From: an uncultured Thermococci archaeon
GTDB taxonomy: Archaea; Methanobacteriota_B; Thermococci; Methanofastidiosales; Methanofastidiosaceae
DNA length: 57,771 nucleotides
Direction of reading: 5' to 3'
Assembly: GCA_964621955.1 (NCBI GenBank)
Contig: CAZUMN010000004.1
Location: 1-57,771 of the forward strand
The notes beneath the pieces were generated by a model, which was not told where the DNA came from, searched no databases, and saw nothing but the letters and a program-made list of their open reading frames with translations. This document shows positions 1 to 9,602 of the stretch, one piece after another; the first letter of the stretch is position 1; every line of letters starts with the position of its first letter. The translations under genes were made by a program, and so were the position numbers.

Positions 1-1025
1 CCGCATCTATAGCAGTACTCTGATGTCGGGCCGCAGTTCTCCCTGCACCTCGGGCATACTACTGGCCTTATGTTTCCATCGTCCATGGACTCCTCAGTTT
101 TAATGCCATATACCTTGCTGTAGATGGCCTTGTCGATGTCCCTCCCGGAAAGATGGACATAGACCTTGGGCATCTCAGATCCAAGCTGCCATCCAAGGTA
201 ATGGCACATTTCAGACTCGGTCAATTTTGATGCCAGGTGAGTTGCCCTTGTGTGCCTTAGAATATGTGGTGTGACTTTCTTCTCAATTTTGGAGTTATTT
301 ATTGCTCTTTTTAGCATGTTCTTGTATGATTCATAGAAGAGGGGCCTCCCAAAGTTCTTGTTCCCGGTTCCAACAAAAAGCGATTCGCTGGGATGAACAT
401 TGGGGTGAATCTGAATCCAGTTTTTTATGTAGGGTTCGGCCATCACAAATGGCACCAATCGCTCTCCAGTTTTTCCCCTTACCTTTACTTTTCCGCCGTA
501 GTCGTTAAATGTCAGGTCTTTGAAGGTGATTGATGCAAGCTCGCCAATTCTAAGGCCGCAGTCATAGAGGAGTGCAATTGCGGCCTTGTCCCGGAGATTT
601 GTTGCTGATTCAATCAGCTTTAGTACCTCCTCCCTCGAGAGGACCTGTGGCTTTCTTGAGTGCTTTTTCTCTCCTTTTAGGGCTTTTAGTTCAGGCCAGT
701 CTTCCCCTTTCAACCACTTGAAGAACTTCCTCAATGTCCTCCTGTACTCATTCTTGGATGAGTCAGAGATGTCCTCAATCTCGACCTTTTCCATGACCTC
801 GATTATGTCCTTGGAATTCCAGGTTGAAAAGTCCTTGTCCTTGTATCTCTGGCATATGAGCCTCAAATCTATCATATAGCGGAGAGTCCTTAAGATGCCG
901 ATTCTGCCCGCAATCAGGTAGCTTTTGAACTCTCTAATTGTATTAATATTGGTTTCAGTTATGCCAGAATTAATCAAACGCCCCTCTTCTTTTGAAAGCA
1001 AAACCTTTTCTTTGTAAATTCCCAT
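1..1025 (-). CDS. Tyrosine recombinase/integrase with C-terminal Zn-ribbon (3' end beyond window)
   Basis: Translated by hand (absent from ORF track) from ATG 1025, open to the window edge: LYDCGLRIGE (R), GKTG (K), HILRH (HxxR), LGW, VYVHL (Y nucleophile), then CPRC...CYRC. Confidence 0.92.
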   Translation of the reverse strand, partial: MGIYKEKVLLSKEEGRLINSGITETNINTIREFKSYLIAGRIGILRTLRYMIDLRLICQRYKDKDFSTWNSKDIIEVMEKVEIEDISDSSKNEYRRTLRKFFKWLKGEDWPELKALKGEKKHSRKPQVLSREEVLKLIESATNLRDKAAIALLYDCGLRIGELASITFKDLTFNDYGGKVKVRGKTGERLVPFVMAEPYIKNWIQIHPNVHPSESLFVGTGNKNFGRPLFYESYKNMLKRAINNSKIEKKVTPHILRHTRATHLASKLTESEMCHYLGWQLGSEMPKVYVHLSGRDIDKAIYSKVYGIKTEESMDDGNIRPVVCPRCRENCGPTSEYCYRC

Positions 1026-1102
1026 AAATTGAGAATAGGCATTTGTGATATATACATTATCCTAACGCACTGGGAATAAATAAACGTGTCCTTCCCCCGC
1101 AC
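1..1102. mobile_element. Possible right end of an integrated element
   Basis: Integrase with visibly higher G+C (about half) than flanking DNA; TCCTTCCCCCGCAC at 1089-1102 resembles a tRNA acceptor 3' end. Confidence 0.35.
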
Positions 1103-1159
1103 TTTTTTACTATTAACCTAACACAAGTAATAAAAGCAAGTTATGACTATTTATAGTGA

Positions 1160-1468
1160 TTGTTGAAATTATGGGGGAATAATATAACAGACGTTATAGA
1201 TATTGGAAAAGATGCAGAAGAGGTATTGGAATTTCTGTATGCAAAAAAATTAAAGGAAGGAAGTTTTGTCATAGATAGTCGGGAACTGTCGCGTATTCTA
1301 AAATGGGACATTGGCAAAGTAAATAATGCCATTCACTATAATCTTGGAAAAAACATTATTGTATGTAAAGAAGTTAAAGGTGAGATCAAGGGATATTTAA
1401 ATTATTACATCTCAGATATAACGCCCGAAGGAATAAAATGGATAAAATATACAAGAAAATTTGAGTGA
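1160..1468 (+). CDS. Hypothetical protein, possible winged-helix fold
   Basis: 102 aa; helix-turn-helix-like SRELSRILKWDIGKVNNAIHY and C-terminal ITPEGIKW typical of wHTH wings. Start uncertain. Confidence 0.5.
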   Translation: MLKLWGNNITDVIDIGKDAEEVLEFLYAKKLKEGSFVIDSRELSRILKWDIGKVNNAIHYNLGKNIIVCKEVKGEIKGYLNYYISDITPEGIKWIKYTRKFE

Positions 1469-1490
1469 CATTAATTCTTGACTGGTAAGA

Positions 1491-2342
1491 GTGACAAAAA
1501 TGATTGAGAATCTTGATTGGGAATCTGCAATAAACATCCGCCGTTCAATTCGAAGCTATGAGATGCGTGAAGTTGATGACAAATTGATATCTAGTCTTAA
1601 GAACTTCATAGAGAATATGAAATTGCCTTTCAAGCATGATGTTACAATTAGTTTTTTCAGATCAGATTCTAACAAAAGACTTTACACTGGCTTTGAGTCA
1701 CCCCCAGATGGCATGGCATTTATAGCGGACACAGATATACCTTCAATCTCAACTGCTGGTTTCGTCGGTGAGATGGCAATTCTCTATGCAACGAGCCTGG
1801 GTCTTGGCACCTGCTGGTATGGCCATTATTCGCTTGAAGAATTGGAAAAGATTATACCGCATCTTAAAGTAAATAATACCTTATCAAAACCAAAATGGGG
1901 TTATGGCAAGGGCATAGTTCAGGGCAAGCGCGCAATATGTATTACTCCTTTAGGATACTGGAAAAAAGAAGGTCTTCGATTGGCAGATAGGATAACAGAG
2001 TCATTTATGAGTTACAAAAGAAAACCTGTCAGTGCTTTTTTAGAAAATGGATTAACTGAAAATTCACTTCCCCCCGATATTCTATATGCATTTGATCTTT
2101 CTAGGAAAGCCCCATCAGGAGCCAACAGCCAGCACTGGCGCTTTAAAGTATCATCTGATTTTAAAACAATTTCAATATCAATGCCTATAGGATACAAACA
2201 CATCAAGTGGGAGCATCCTGATGTTGATATAGGTATATGTGCTTGCCATTTCTGGCTTGGCCTTATGATTAAAAATATAGAAAGCAAAGTCTCTATAGTT
2301 GAAGAAGAGGGTAGAGCTGTCTGGCAATTTGATTTAAGATAA
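1491..2342 (+). CDS. Nitroreductase family protein (two-domain, FMN-binding)
   Basis: RRSIRSY, LGLGTCW, KRK and APSGANSQHWRF motifs. Confidence 0.85.
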   Translation: MTKMIENLDWESAINIRRSIRSYEMREVDDKLISSLKNFIENMKLPFKHDVTISFFRSDSNKRLYTGFESPPDGMAFIADTDIPSISTAGFVGEMAILYATSLGLGTCWYGHYSLEELEKIIPHLKVNNTLSKPKWGYGKGIVQGKRAICITPLGYWKKEGLRLADRITESFMSYKRKPVSAFLENGLTENSLPPDILYAFDLSRKAPSGANSQHWRFKVSSDFKTISISMPIGYKHIKWEHPDVDIGICACHFWLGLMIKNIESKVSIVEEEGRAVWQFDLR

Positions 2343-2496
2343 TTGCTATTATTCTACATATAAATTCATAATTAAAACAATATCACTTATATTTTGCGAT
2401 TTATACAATTCAGATAAATACGTTTATAAATTATCTCGCAACCGAATCAATATTGCAACATATTCGCAAATACTAACTGTATAATTAGGTATTATC

Positions 2497-4239
2497 ATGA
2501 ACAAATTATTTAATTCTAAAAATAAAGACACTCACGATCATACCTTAGACATATACAGAAATATTTTAGAAAATACTTTTGACGCCATTCTTTTGGTAGA
2601 TGATGAATTCAGATACATTGACGCAAATCCAAGTGCATGTGCCCTTTTAGGATACAGTAGAACAGAATTAATGAATAAAAAAGTAGGAGACCTCACCCCC
2701 CAAAGAAATCTAGAAATGGGAAAAAAAATATGGATGGACTTCTTAAAAAAAGGAAATCAAAAAGGAGAGTATATTCTCTTAAAAAAAGATCTAAAAGAAA
2801 TTAATGTTGAATATCATGCTGTTGCAAATATCCAGTCAGGGATACATCTTTTCATTATAAACGATGTTACTACAAAGAAGTTAGCGGAAAATACATTGAA
2901 AAATAAAGAGAGCATCCTCCAAGGTATATTTGAATCAAGTCCCGTGGGCATCAATCTCATACAGGATAGAAAATTTATTTGGAGTAACGACATGATGAGT
3001 CAAATAACTGGTTACTCCTTAGATGAGATAATAGGTAGTAATACTAGATTTTTATATCTTTCAGATGAAGACTACGAAAAAGCAGGTTATGATTACAATA
3101 AGAATTTTGCCAAAGGTAAGATAGCGGAAATTGATACCAGATGGAAAAGAAAGGATGGAAAAATAATACATATTCATAAAAAAATGAGTCTTTTAGATCC
3201 GAATAAACCTGATAAAGGGTATATAACATCAGTGATGGACATAACAGAGCAGAAAAGAGCTGAAGATTTGTTAAAGCAGAGTGAAGAAAAATATAGGGAA
3301 TTAGCGAATTCTTTGCCGGAAATAATTTTTGAAACTGATGAAAAGGGAAATCTAACATTTGTAAACAGAAATGCACTTAATATTACGGGCTATACAACAG
3401 AGGATTTTGAAAAAGGATTGAATGCAATGCAATTATTAATTCCTGAAGAGAGAGATTTGGGAAGAGACAACATAAGGAAAATATTTACAGGAAAAAAATC
3501 AAACGGTTTTGAGTATACCGCCTTAAGAAAAGATGGCGGCACATTTCCCATTATAATTCATTCTAGTGCCATTATGCATAATAATAAACCTATTGGCTTA
3601 CGAGGAATAATATTTGATATTTCTGAAAGGAAAAAGGCAGAGAAAAGGATAATGGAAAGTGAGAAAACATTGAGAAGTATATTAACAGCTGCTCCTGTAG
3701 GGATAAAACTAGTCAAAGATCGACAGATAATATGGTGCAATAACAGTATGATTGAAATGACAGGTTACGCTCTCGAAGAATTAACTAATAAAAATTTAGG
3801 ATTTTTGTACCCCAATAACGAAGAATATGATAAAGTCGGGCAGGTATTATATGACAAATGGGCTAACGAAGAGTATAGGGAAATTGAAACAATATGGAAA
3901 AAGAATAGTGGAGAATTAATAAACTGCCATATTAGGATTAGTCCACTTGATCCAACTGATTTTAATAAAGGCATGATTGAAGTTATTACAGACATTACAG
4001 AAAGTAAAAAAGCCCTGAAACAGCTTGATGAGAATCTAGAATATTTTGCTCATCTAATAGACCATATAAGAAATCCATTAACAATAATTTGTGGGTTTGC
4101 ACAAGTTGAAATTGAAAATGAAGTTACTAAACGTCGATTTTTAAAACAGGTAGGTGCAATTGAAGAGATTTTAAAACAACTGGATCAGGGCTGGATGGAC
4201 ACTGAAGATACTAGAAAATTTTTGAAGAAGTATATGTAA
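2497..4239 (+). CDS. Multi-PAS (four PAS/PAC) protein with C-terminal HisKA-like helix pair, no HATPase
   Basis: Four PAS starts (ILENTFDAI, IFESSPVGI, LANSLPEII, ILTAAPVGI) with PAC ends (DITE/DISE); tail FAHLIDHIRNPL...LDQGWMDTEDTRKFL. Confidence 0.88.
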   Translation: MNKLFNSKNKDTHDHTLDIYRNILENTFDAILLVDDEFRYIDANPSACALLGYSRTELMNKKVGDLTPQRNLEMGKKIWMDFLKKGNQKGEYILLKKDLKEINVEYHAVANIQSGIHLFIINDVTTKKLAENTLKNKESILQGIFESSPVGINLIQDRKFIWSNDMMSQITGYSLDEIIGSNTRFLYLSDEDYEKAGYDYNKNFAKGKIAEIDTRWKRKDGKIIHIHKKMSLLDPNKPDKGYITSVMDITEQKRAEDLLKQSEEKYRELANSLPEIIFETDEKGNLTFVNRNALNITGYTTEDFEKGLNAMQLLIPEERDLGRDNIRKIFTGKKSNGFEYTALRKDGGTFPIIIHSSAIMHNNKPIGLRGIIFDISERKKAEKRIMESEKTLRSILTAAPVGIKLVKDRQIIWCNNSMIEMTGYALEELTNKNLGFLYPNNEEYDKVGQVLYDKWANEEYREIETIWKKNSGELINCHIRISPLDPTDFNKGMIEVITDITESKKALKQLDENLEYFAHLIDHIRNPLTIICGFAQVEIENEVTKRRFLKQVGAIEEILKQLDQGWMDTEDTRKFLKKYM

Positions 4240-4265
4240 TTCTAGAATATCTACCAAAAAGGATA

Positions 4266-4754
4266 GTGAAAGGGCGAGTAATTATTTTAGACGGATCCTC
4301 TGGGGAAAAAGAATCTCATGATAAAAAGAGAGTGAAAAATTTTCTTCTCACAAATCTAAAGAGAAACTGTGAAGAGTTTGAACACCTTGTAGAAGCGGTA
4401 AATATTGAAGAAGATCCGGAACTTAAAGGAAAAATTCTCAGTATCTCGAATAAATGTCATGAAATTTCTAATATGTCACTAAATATACTAAGTGAAGAAG
4501 TCGAAGAAGAAATTCTTGGGGAAATAGAAAATTGTGCTATGGGCCTTTCAGATATTAGAAACAGAATAAAGGCATGTGCAAAAAACAAAGATTCAGATTC
4601 GAATATAGAGAATATATTCGATTTTTTTGGGGACATGAGGGATTTGATGGATAGAATGGAATTTATTGATTCTCTCGAATCAGAATCAGCTGATTTACAA
4701 AAAACACTTAGAATAGTAATAAAGAAAAAGATTAAAGAAAACAGAAAGATTTAA
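4266..4754 (+). CDS. Hypothetical all-helical acidic protein
   Basis: 162 aa ORF, GTG start just downstream of the PAS gene; no recognised motif. Confidence 0.6.
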   Translation: MKGRVIILDGSSGEKESHDKKRVKNFLLTNLKRNCEEFEHLVEAVNIEEDPELKGKILSISNKCHEISNMSLNILSEEVEEEILGEIENCAMGLSDIRNRIKACAKNKDSDSNIENIFDFFGDMRDLMDRMEFIDSLESESADLQKTLRIVIKKKIKENRKI

Positions 4755-4853
4755 TTTAAGGATAAATCTTTATAATTATTTTGAAAGTTAATATGCGTTA
4801 ATCTTATAAATAAACGATTTTTTGTTTTTTAATACTTTAGTTTAGGTGTTTTT

Positions 4854-5999
4854 ATGAATAAATTCAGAATTTTTCTTGTTATTTTTATTATATTTTGCTC
4901 TTTATTCTATGGGATACATTCAGTAAGTTCAGACAACGGTAAGTTTACCTTTGTCATTGAGGAGATTGGAAAAAATACTACAACTCAAGGTTATGGCAAA
5001 CCTAAATATGTGGATGTAGAAGGTCAATTTGCAGTTATGAATTGGCACGAAAATCCTGGGGCCATATTTCTTTATAATATATCTGATCCAAAAATTCCAA
5101 AATATATAGGGCATGTCAGAGTAAACAATGGCCCAAATGCAGTAAGGATACGAAATGGATATGCTTATGCATCCCTTAACACAGGCTATTTAGTTATTGC
5201 ACAAATCAGCAATCAAAGCATCAATGTTGTAGGATCAAAAGATTTTGGGAATCAGATGTTTAATATCGATGTAAATGAAGAAGGAACTATCGTTGCTATG
5301 GCCGGAACTTATAATTCTGATGGACTTGTTATTGTTGATATAAAAAATAAATCTAATCCAACGTTAATTAGTAAAACTCCCTTCTCTGCTGGAGGAGTAG
5401 ATATTGAAGGTAGATATGCATTCATAACAAAGTACGATACTTCAGAATTAAGATGCTACGATATTTCAAATCCTTCGGTACCCATCCTTATTAGCAGTAT
5501 TAAAGTTGGGGAAATGCCAGTTCCTGTAAGAGTCTATGGTAAATATGCGTATGTTCAGGAATATAGCCTAAATAAAATACATATAGTTGATATTTCTAAT
5601 CCAGCAAATATGAAAATCGTTCTTTCTGATTTTGAAATACCTGGTGTTGTACCTAACGGTGGCGGCGTTGTAGTTGATACAAAAGGAAGTTTAATGTTTC
5701 TAGCTACCGGTTTGACTGGAAATGGAAAAGTAAGCATCTATGACATTAATAATATTGGAACTCCCAAAATGATAGCACAGTATGCTTATCCAAACAATGA
5801 AATAATTAATATGATTGCAATAAACGAAACTAATATCTTTGTTCCAAATTATACTAATAAATCACTCTCGATTCTTACTAGGCCAATTGTGGCATCTCCT
5901 ATCGAAAAAACTCTTCCTATGAGGGAAATTATGTCCATAATCAACTATCCCGGAAGACCTGTCGGTGCATTTATACATGATGTTAACATGTCTCGATAA
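4854..5999 (+). CDS. Secreted LVIVD-repeat beta-propeller protein
   Basis: Signal peptide; repeats LYNISDPKIP, LVIVDIKNKSNP, YDISNPSVP, IVDISNPANM. Confidence 0.85.
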   Translation: MNKFRIFLVIFIIFCSLFYGIHSVSSDNGKFTFVIEEIGKNTTTQGYGKPKYVDVEGQFAVMNWHENPGAIFLYNISDPKIPKYIGHVRVNNGPNAVRIRNGYAYASLNTGYLVIAQISNQSINVVGSKDFGNQMFNIDVNEEGTIVAMAGTYNSDGLVIVDIKNKSNPTLISKTPFSAGGVDIEGRYAFITKYDTSELRCYDISNPSVPILISSIKVGEMPVPVRVYGKYAYVQEYSLNKIHIVDISNPANMKIVLSDFEIPGVVPNGGGVVVDTKGSLMFLATGLTGNGKVSIYDINNIGTPKMIAQYAYPNNEIINMIAINETNIFVPNYTNKSLSILTRPIVASPIEKTLPMREIMSIINYPGRPVGAFIHDVNMSR

Positions 6000-6026
6000 T
6001 TAATTAAATTATTTTTTATAACAAGA

Positions 6027-7280
6027 TTACTTTCTCGTTAGTTCGACATTATTCTCAAAAATTAGTTTACCGGAGTTATAACTTTTATAATGGGCAATAT
6101 AGCTAAATGCAAAAGGATTGGCCTCTGGATAATTTGGCGATATCCCAACATTTCCCTTTGAGAGTGTTAAGACATTGCTTCCAAGACGACCAAAGAAAAA
6201 TCTGCTTTTTGTTGTATGATCCCCTGTTGGGTCAGCAGGTACCCACCCGTAAGGGGGCAAATAAAATTCAGCCCACATATGCCCCGCTGAGATATCAGAA
6301 CTATAAAGATAACCATGAACTAATCTTGAAGGAATCCCTTGAGAACGACACATTGCAACAAAAAGGGTAGCAAATTCAGTGCAATCACCTTTTCTATTGT
6401 AAAAAGCGTATTTTGCACCCAACTCCTGCTCCTGTACCTCGTAAGTGATGTTTTTTACTACCCACCCATATATAAGATCCGCTTTTTTATAAGGATTAGT
6501 TTCATTTCCCACTACAGCTTTTGCCATTGAAACAATTCCAGGATCGTCAGACTCAACCCTTTGACTTGGCTTTGTGTATTCTTTATACAAGCTTGAAGAA
6601 TAATCATAGGGTTCTACTTTAGAAGAGTCTATTGGAGTTGTGAAAGGATTTGCAGTAAAAGATATATTTTGAATTATTGTGATGGTAGAATTAGTGGGTA
6701 GTGAATTACTAAAATCCCAGTAGCATATCCTTGCACACGCCTCTGGTGCCAAGATAATTTGATCAGGTTCTGGATTTATACGTATAACAGATACATTTTG
6801 CTGAGTTCCACAGTTGACTGGTAAGGCCATCCATAGTTGTGTTTCTCCTACTTCAGCGTCAATATTTGTAATCTTTGTTGTGATAATTGCGTTATATGAC
6901 TGAGGGAGTTGGTACTCTAAGGGGCTATTTGGGGTATTTACCAATCCAATATAATAAAATATAGCAAGCAATAGCATAGCTCCAAGAAGAATTGAAGTTA
7001 TTGTCTTGAATCTCTTTTTATTATTTTCATCTCTTTCAAGTTTTTGATAATAAGTTTCTTTGCCCTCATCTGTCCCCATATTTGATTTATCGATATTTGT
7101 ATATGTCATTATAGGTGTGCCACATCTAGAACAATAAAATAATCCTTTACTATTTTCATGACCACATGAAAGGCAGGATATAGTCTCTTGTTCCAATGGA
7201 TATGTGCCACAATTAGGGCAATAATTAAAAGATGTGTCATATCCGCACATAGGGCATTTCATTAGGACACCAGATATCAA
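6027..7280 (-). CDS. Membrane-anchored transglutaminase-like protein with N-terminal double Zn-ribbon
   Basis: CPMC/CPNC/CLSC/CSRC; one TM; triad GDCTEF, GHMWAEF, WVPADPT. Confidence 0.85.
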   Translation of the reverse strand: MISGVLMKCPMCGYDTSFNYCPNCGTYPLEQETISCLSCGHENSKGLFYCSRCGTPIMTYTNIDKSNMGTDEGKETYYQKLERDENNKKRFKTITSILLGAMLLLAIFYYIGLVNTPNSPLEYQLPQSYNAIITTKITNIDAEVGETQLWMALPVNCGTQQNVSVIRINPEPDQIILAPEACARICYWDFSNSLPTNSTITIIQNISFTANPFTTPIDSSKVEPYDYSSSLYKEYTKPSQRVESDDPGIVSMAKAVVGNETNPYKKADLIYGWVVKNITYEVQEQELGAKYAFYNRKGDCTEFATLFVAMCRSQGIPSRLVHGYLYSSDISAGHMWAEFYLPPYGWVPADPTGDHTTKSRFFFGRLGSNVLTLSKGNVGISPNYPEANPFAFSYIAHYKSYNSGKLIFENNVELTRK

Positions 7281-7327
7281 GTAATTTTTTTTAATTTATA
7301 AATATGTTAGAAAAAATAATAAATAAT

Positions 7328-7819
7328 TTATAAGATTTTTTCCATCCAAACAATGTCAAAATATTTATCAAATTTTTTACCAACTTCTATAAATCTTCCA
7401 CACTCTATAAATCCATTTTTTGCGTGAAAATTAATACTGCCTTCATTTAATGATGAAATACTTGCCAATATCTTAGTTATGTTCAGTTTTTTAGCTTCAG
7501 ATTCTATATACTCTAATGTCTTTTTTCCAATACCCTGGCCAGTTGCCTCTTCTTTAATAAAGTAAGATATTTCAGCAGTTTCTCTAAATACTGAAAAAGG
7601 GCTATAAGAATGTATAAATCCAAATCCTATTACTTCATTATTATTAGATTTCATTACTACTGCAGGATAGCCTTTTGTAATAATAAGAAACATGTCGTAG
7701 AATTCATAAGGAAGTTTAGTATCAGGATATGCAGCAAATCCATTTTCAATATAATAGTTAAAAATATCTATTACGTCCTTTCTGTGATTTTCACCCATCT
7801 GCTCAAAATGTATTTCCAT
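7328..7819 (-). CDS. GNAT N-acetyltransferase (phosphinothricin acetyltransferase/YncA-like)
   Basis: GQGIGK, NEGSINFHAKNGF, GKKFDKYFDIVWMEK. Confidence 0.88.
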   Translation of the reverse strand: MEIHFEQMGENHRKDVIDIFNYYIENGFAAYPDTKLPYEFYDMFLIITKGYPAVVMKSNNNEVIGFGFIHSYSPFSVFRETAEISYFIKEEATGQGIGKKTLEYIESEAKKLNITKILASISSLNEGSINFHAKNGFIECGRFIEVGKKFDKYFDIVWMEKIL

Positions 7820-7966
7820 TGTCTCACTAAAAACAATATTTTGGGCGTTTATTTATAGATTTCTATCCAAGACCTGTAATAGGAAATAGGATTAAATACA
7901 TATTTCTATTGATAAACAATAAATTTATATAATATAAACAATATTGTATACCAAGGGGGTAAATTG

Positions 7967-8068
7967 ATGCAAGAAGAAATAACAACTAGCATAATTATCG
8001 CAATAGCAGTAGGAGTAGTTGCGAGGTATATAGCTCTGCTTTTTTATATACTTAAGACAAAGAATTGA
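7967..8068 (+). CDS. Small single-TM protein (33 aa)
   Basis: MQEEITTSIIIAIAVGVVARYIALLFYILKTKN, with GGGGGT RBS-like motif upstream; below ORF-track cutoff. Confidence 0.4.
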   Translation: MQEEITTSIIIAIAVGVVARYIALLFYILKTKN

Positions 8069-8199
8069 GATTTCTTTTTACTTATTGAATAACTAAAATA
8101 AATAGAATATAGTTTTACATTTTTTCCAAAAATAACTAAAAATTAAAAAATAGGAAGAAGTTATATAAATAGAGGATAATATACAAACTTAGGGATAGA

Positions 8200-8886
8200 A
8201 TGACTGGAGACCTTAAAAAGGAGCTATTGGAGGTAATTAGTTCAGTGGGCCCAGTATCGATAGTGGTGCTTCTCTTTCTGATTTTTATCTCAAAATCAGA
8301 AATACCACGATTCATATTAGGATCTATAATGGTAATAAGTGGAATTACTCTATTTCTTCTGGGGATTAACTTAGGCTTCTTACCTTTTGGTCAAGCTATT
8401 GGAGCAGAATTACCTATGAGAGGCTCTTTAAGCTTTTTAATAATAATGAGTTTTATAATAGGTGTTATTACTACAATAGCAGAACCAGGAGTAAGGGTAC
8501 TTGTTAATCAGGTAGAGTATGCATCTGGAGGCAGCATTCCAGAACTTATTTTGTTTCTTTCAATAAGTGTCGGAATTGGTATTTTTTTATCATTGGCAGT
8601 GTTGAGGATTATTTATGGAATAAGCTTTTCATATCTATTTATAGCAGGATATATCTTCATAATTGCTTTATCCTTCTTTACTCCTTCCACATTTGTAGCC
8701 ATAGCTTTTGATGCTGGAGGGGTTACAACTGGCCCAGTTACTGTGCCTATTATTTTATCTTTAGGAATAGGAATTAGTTCCGTTTTAGGAGGAAAATCAG
8801 CGCTATCCGATGGATTTGGACTTATCGGCCTTTCTTCAATTGGACCCGTCATAAGTATAATGGTGTTGGGGGTATTATACGCTTGA
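8200..8886 (+). CDS. DUF1538 family membrane protein
   Basis: TIAEPGVRVL and AFDAGGVTTGPVTVP motifs. Confidence 0.88.
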   Translation: MTGDLKKELLEVISSVGPVSIVVLLFLIFISKSEIPRFILGSIMVISGITLFLLGINLGFLPFGQAIGAELPMRGSLSFLIIMSFIIGVITTIAEPGVRVLVNQVEYASGGSIPELILFLSISVGIGIFLSLAVLRIIYGISFSYLFIAGYIFIIALSFFTPSTFVAIAFDAGGVTTGPVTVPIILSLGIGISSVLGGKSALSDGFGLIGLSSIGPVISIMVLGVLYA

Positions 8887-9599
8887 TAGAATTTATTCAA
8901 AATCTTAAAGAAATTATAATTGAAGTAGTTCTTGTATTATTACCTCTATCGGTATTATTTTTAATATTTCAGAAATATTTACTTAAACTACCAAAGCAGT
9001 ATACAAAAAATCTCCTTAAGGGTATCTTTCTGACTTTTGTGGGCATGATCCTTTTTTTTCAAGGTATAGATATTGCTTTTCTCCCTGCAGGAGATAGTAT
9101 AGGAGTGTATTTTGGTAATCTCCAATCTAACTGGTTGTTGATACCTTTAGGATTTTTAATGGGATTTTTAGTTACTTATGCAGATCCTGGAGTAATAATA
9201 ATTTGTAATGAAATTGAAAAAGCTTCTAACGGTTTTCTAGGAAGGAATATGGTAAAAAAAATTTTATCGTTTAGCGTAGCTTTTTTTGTATCCCTCGCTA
9301 TGGCCAAACTTGTTTATGGTGTAGCCCTAATTACTATAATTTTGATAGGTTACAGTATTGTGATCTTACTAACATTAGTTTCAGATAAGCAGTACACAGC
9401 CATTGCCTTTGATTCTGGAGGTGTTGTGACTGGCCCTATGGCAGTTACTTTTTTGATGGCTATGTCTTTGGGCGCAGCTTCTGCTATGGATGGAAGGAAT
9501 CCATTAATAGATGGGTTTGGCCTTATTTCTCTAATAGCGTTGGCCCCAATAATACCATTAATGCTATTTGGATTAATAATTCGTTATAAAGGAGGTTAA
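8883..9599 (+). CDS. DUF1538 family membrane protein (second paralog)
   Basis: TYADPGV and AFDSGGVVTGPMAV; overlaps upstream paralog by 4 nt. Confidence 0.88.
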   Translation: MIEFIQNLKEIIIEVVLVLLPLSVLFLIFQKYLLKLPKQYTKNLLKGIFLTFVGMILFFQGIDIAFLPAGDSIGVYFGNLQSNWLLIPLGFLMGFLVTYADPGVIIICNEIEKASNGFLGRNMVKKILSFSVAFFVSLAMAKLVYGVALITIILIGYSIVILLTLVSDKQYTAIAFDSGGVVTGPMAVTFLMAMSLGAASAMDGRNPLIDGFGLISLIALAPIIPLMLFGLIIRYKGG

Positions 9600-9602
9600 A
9601 AA

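Noticed and set aside
302-879. Plus-strand ORFs 302-508 and 586-879
   Set aside because: Antisense shadows of the integrase; no motifs.
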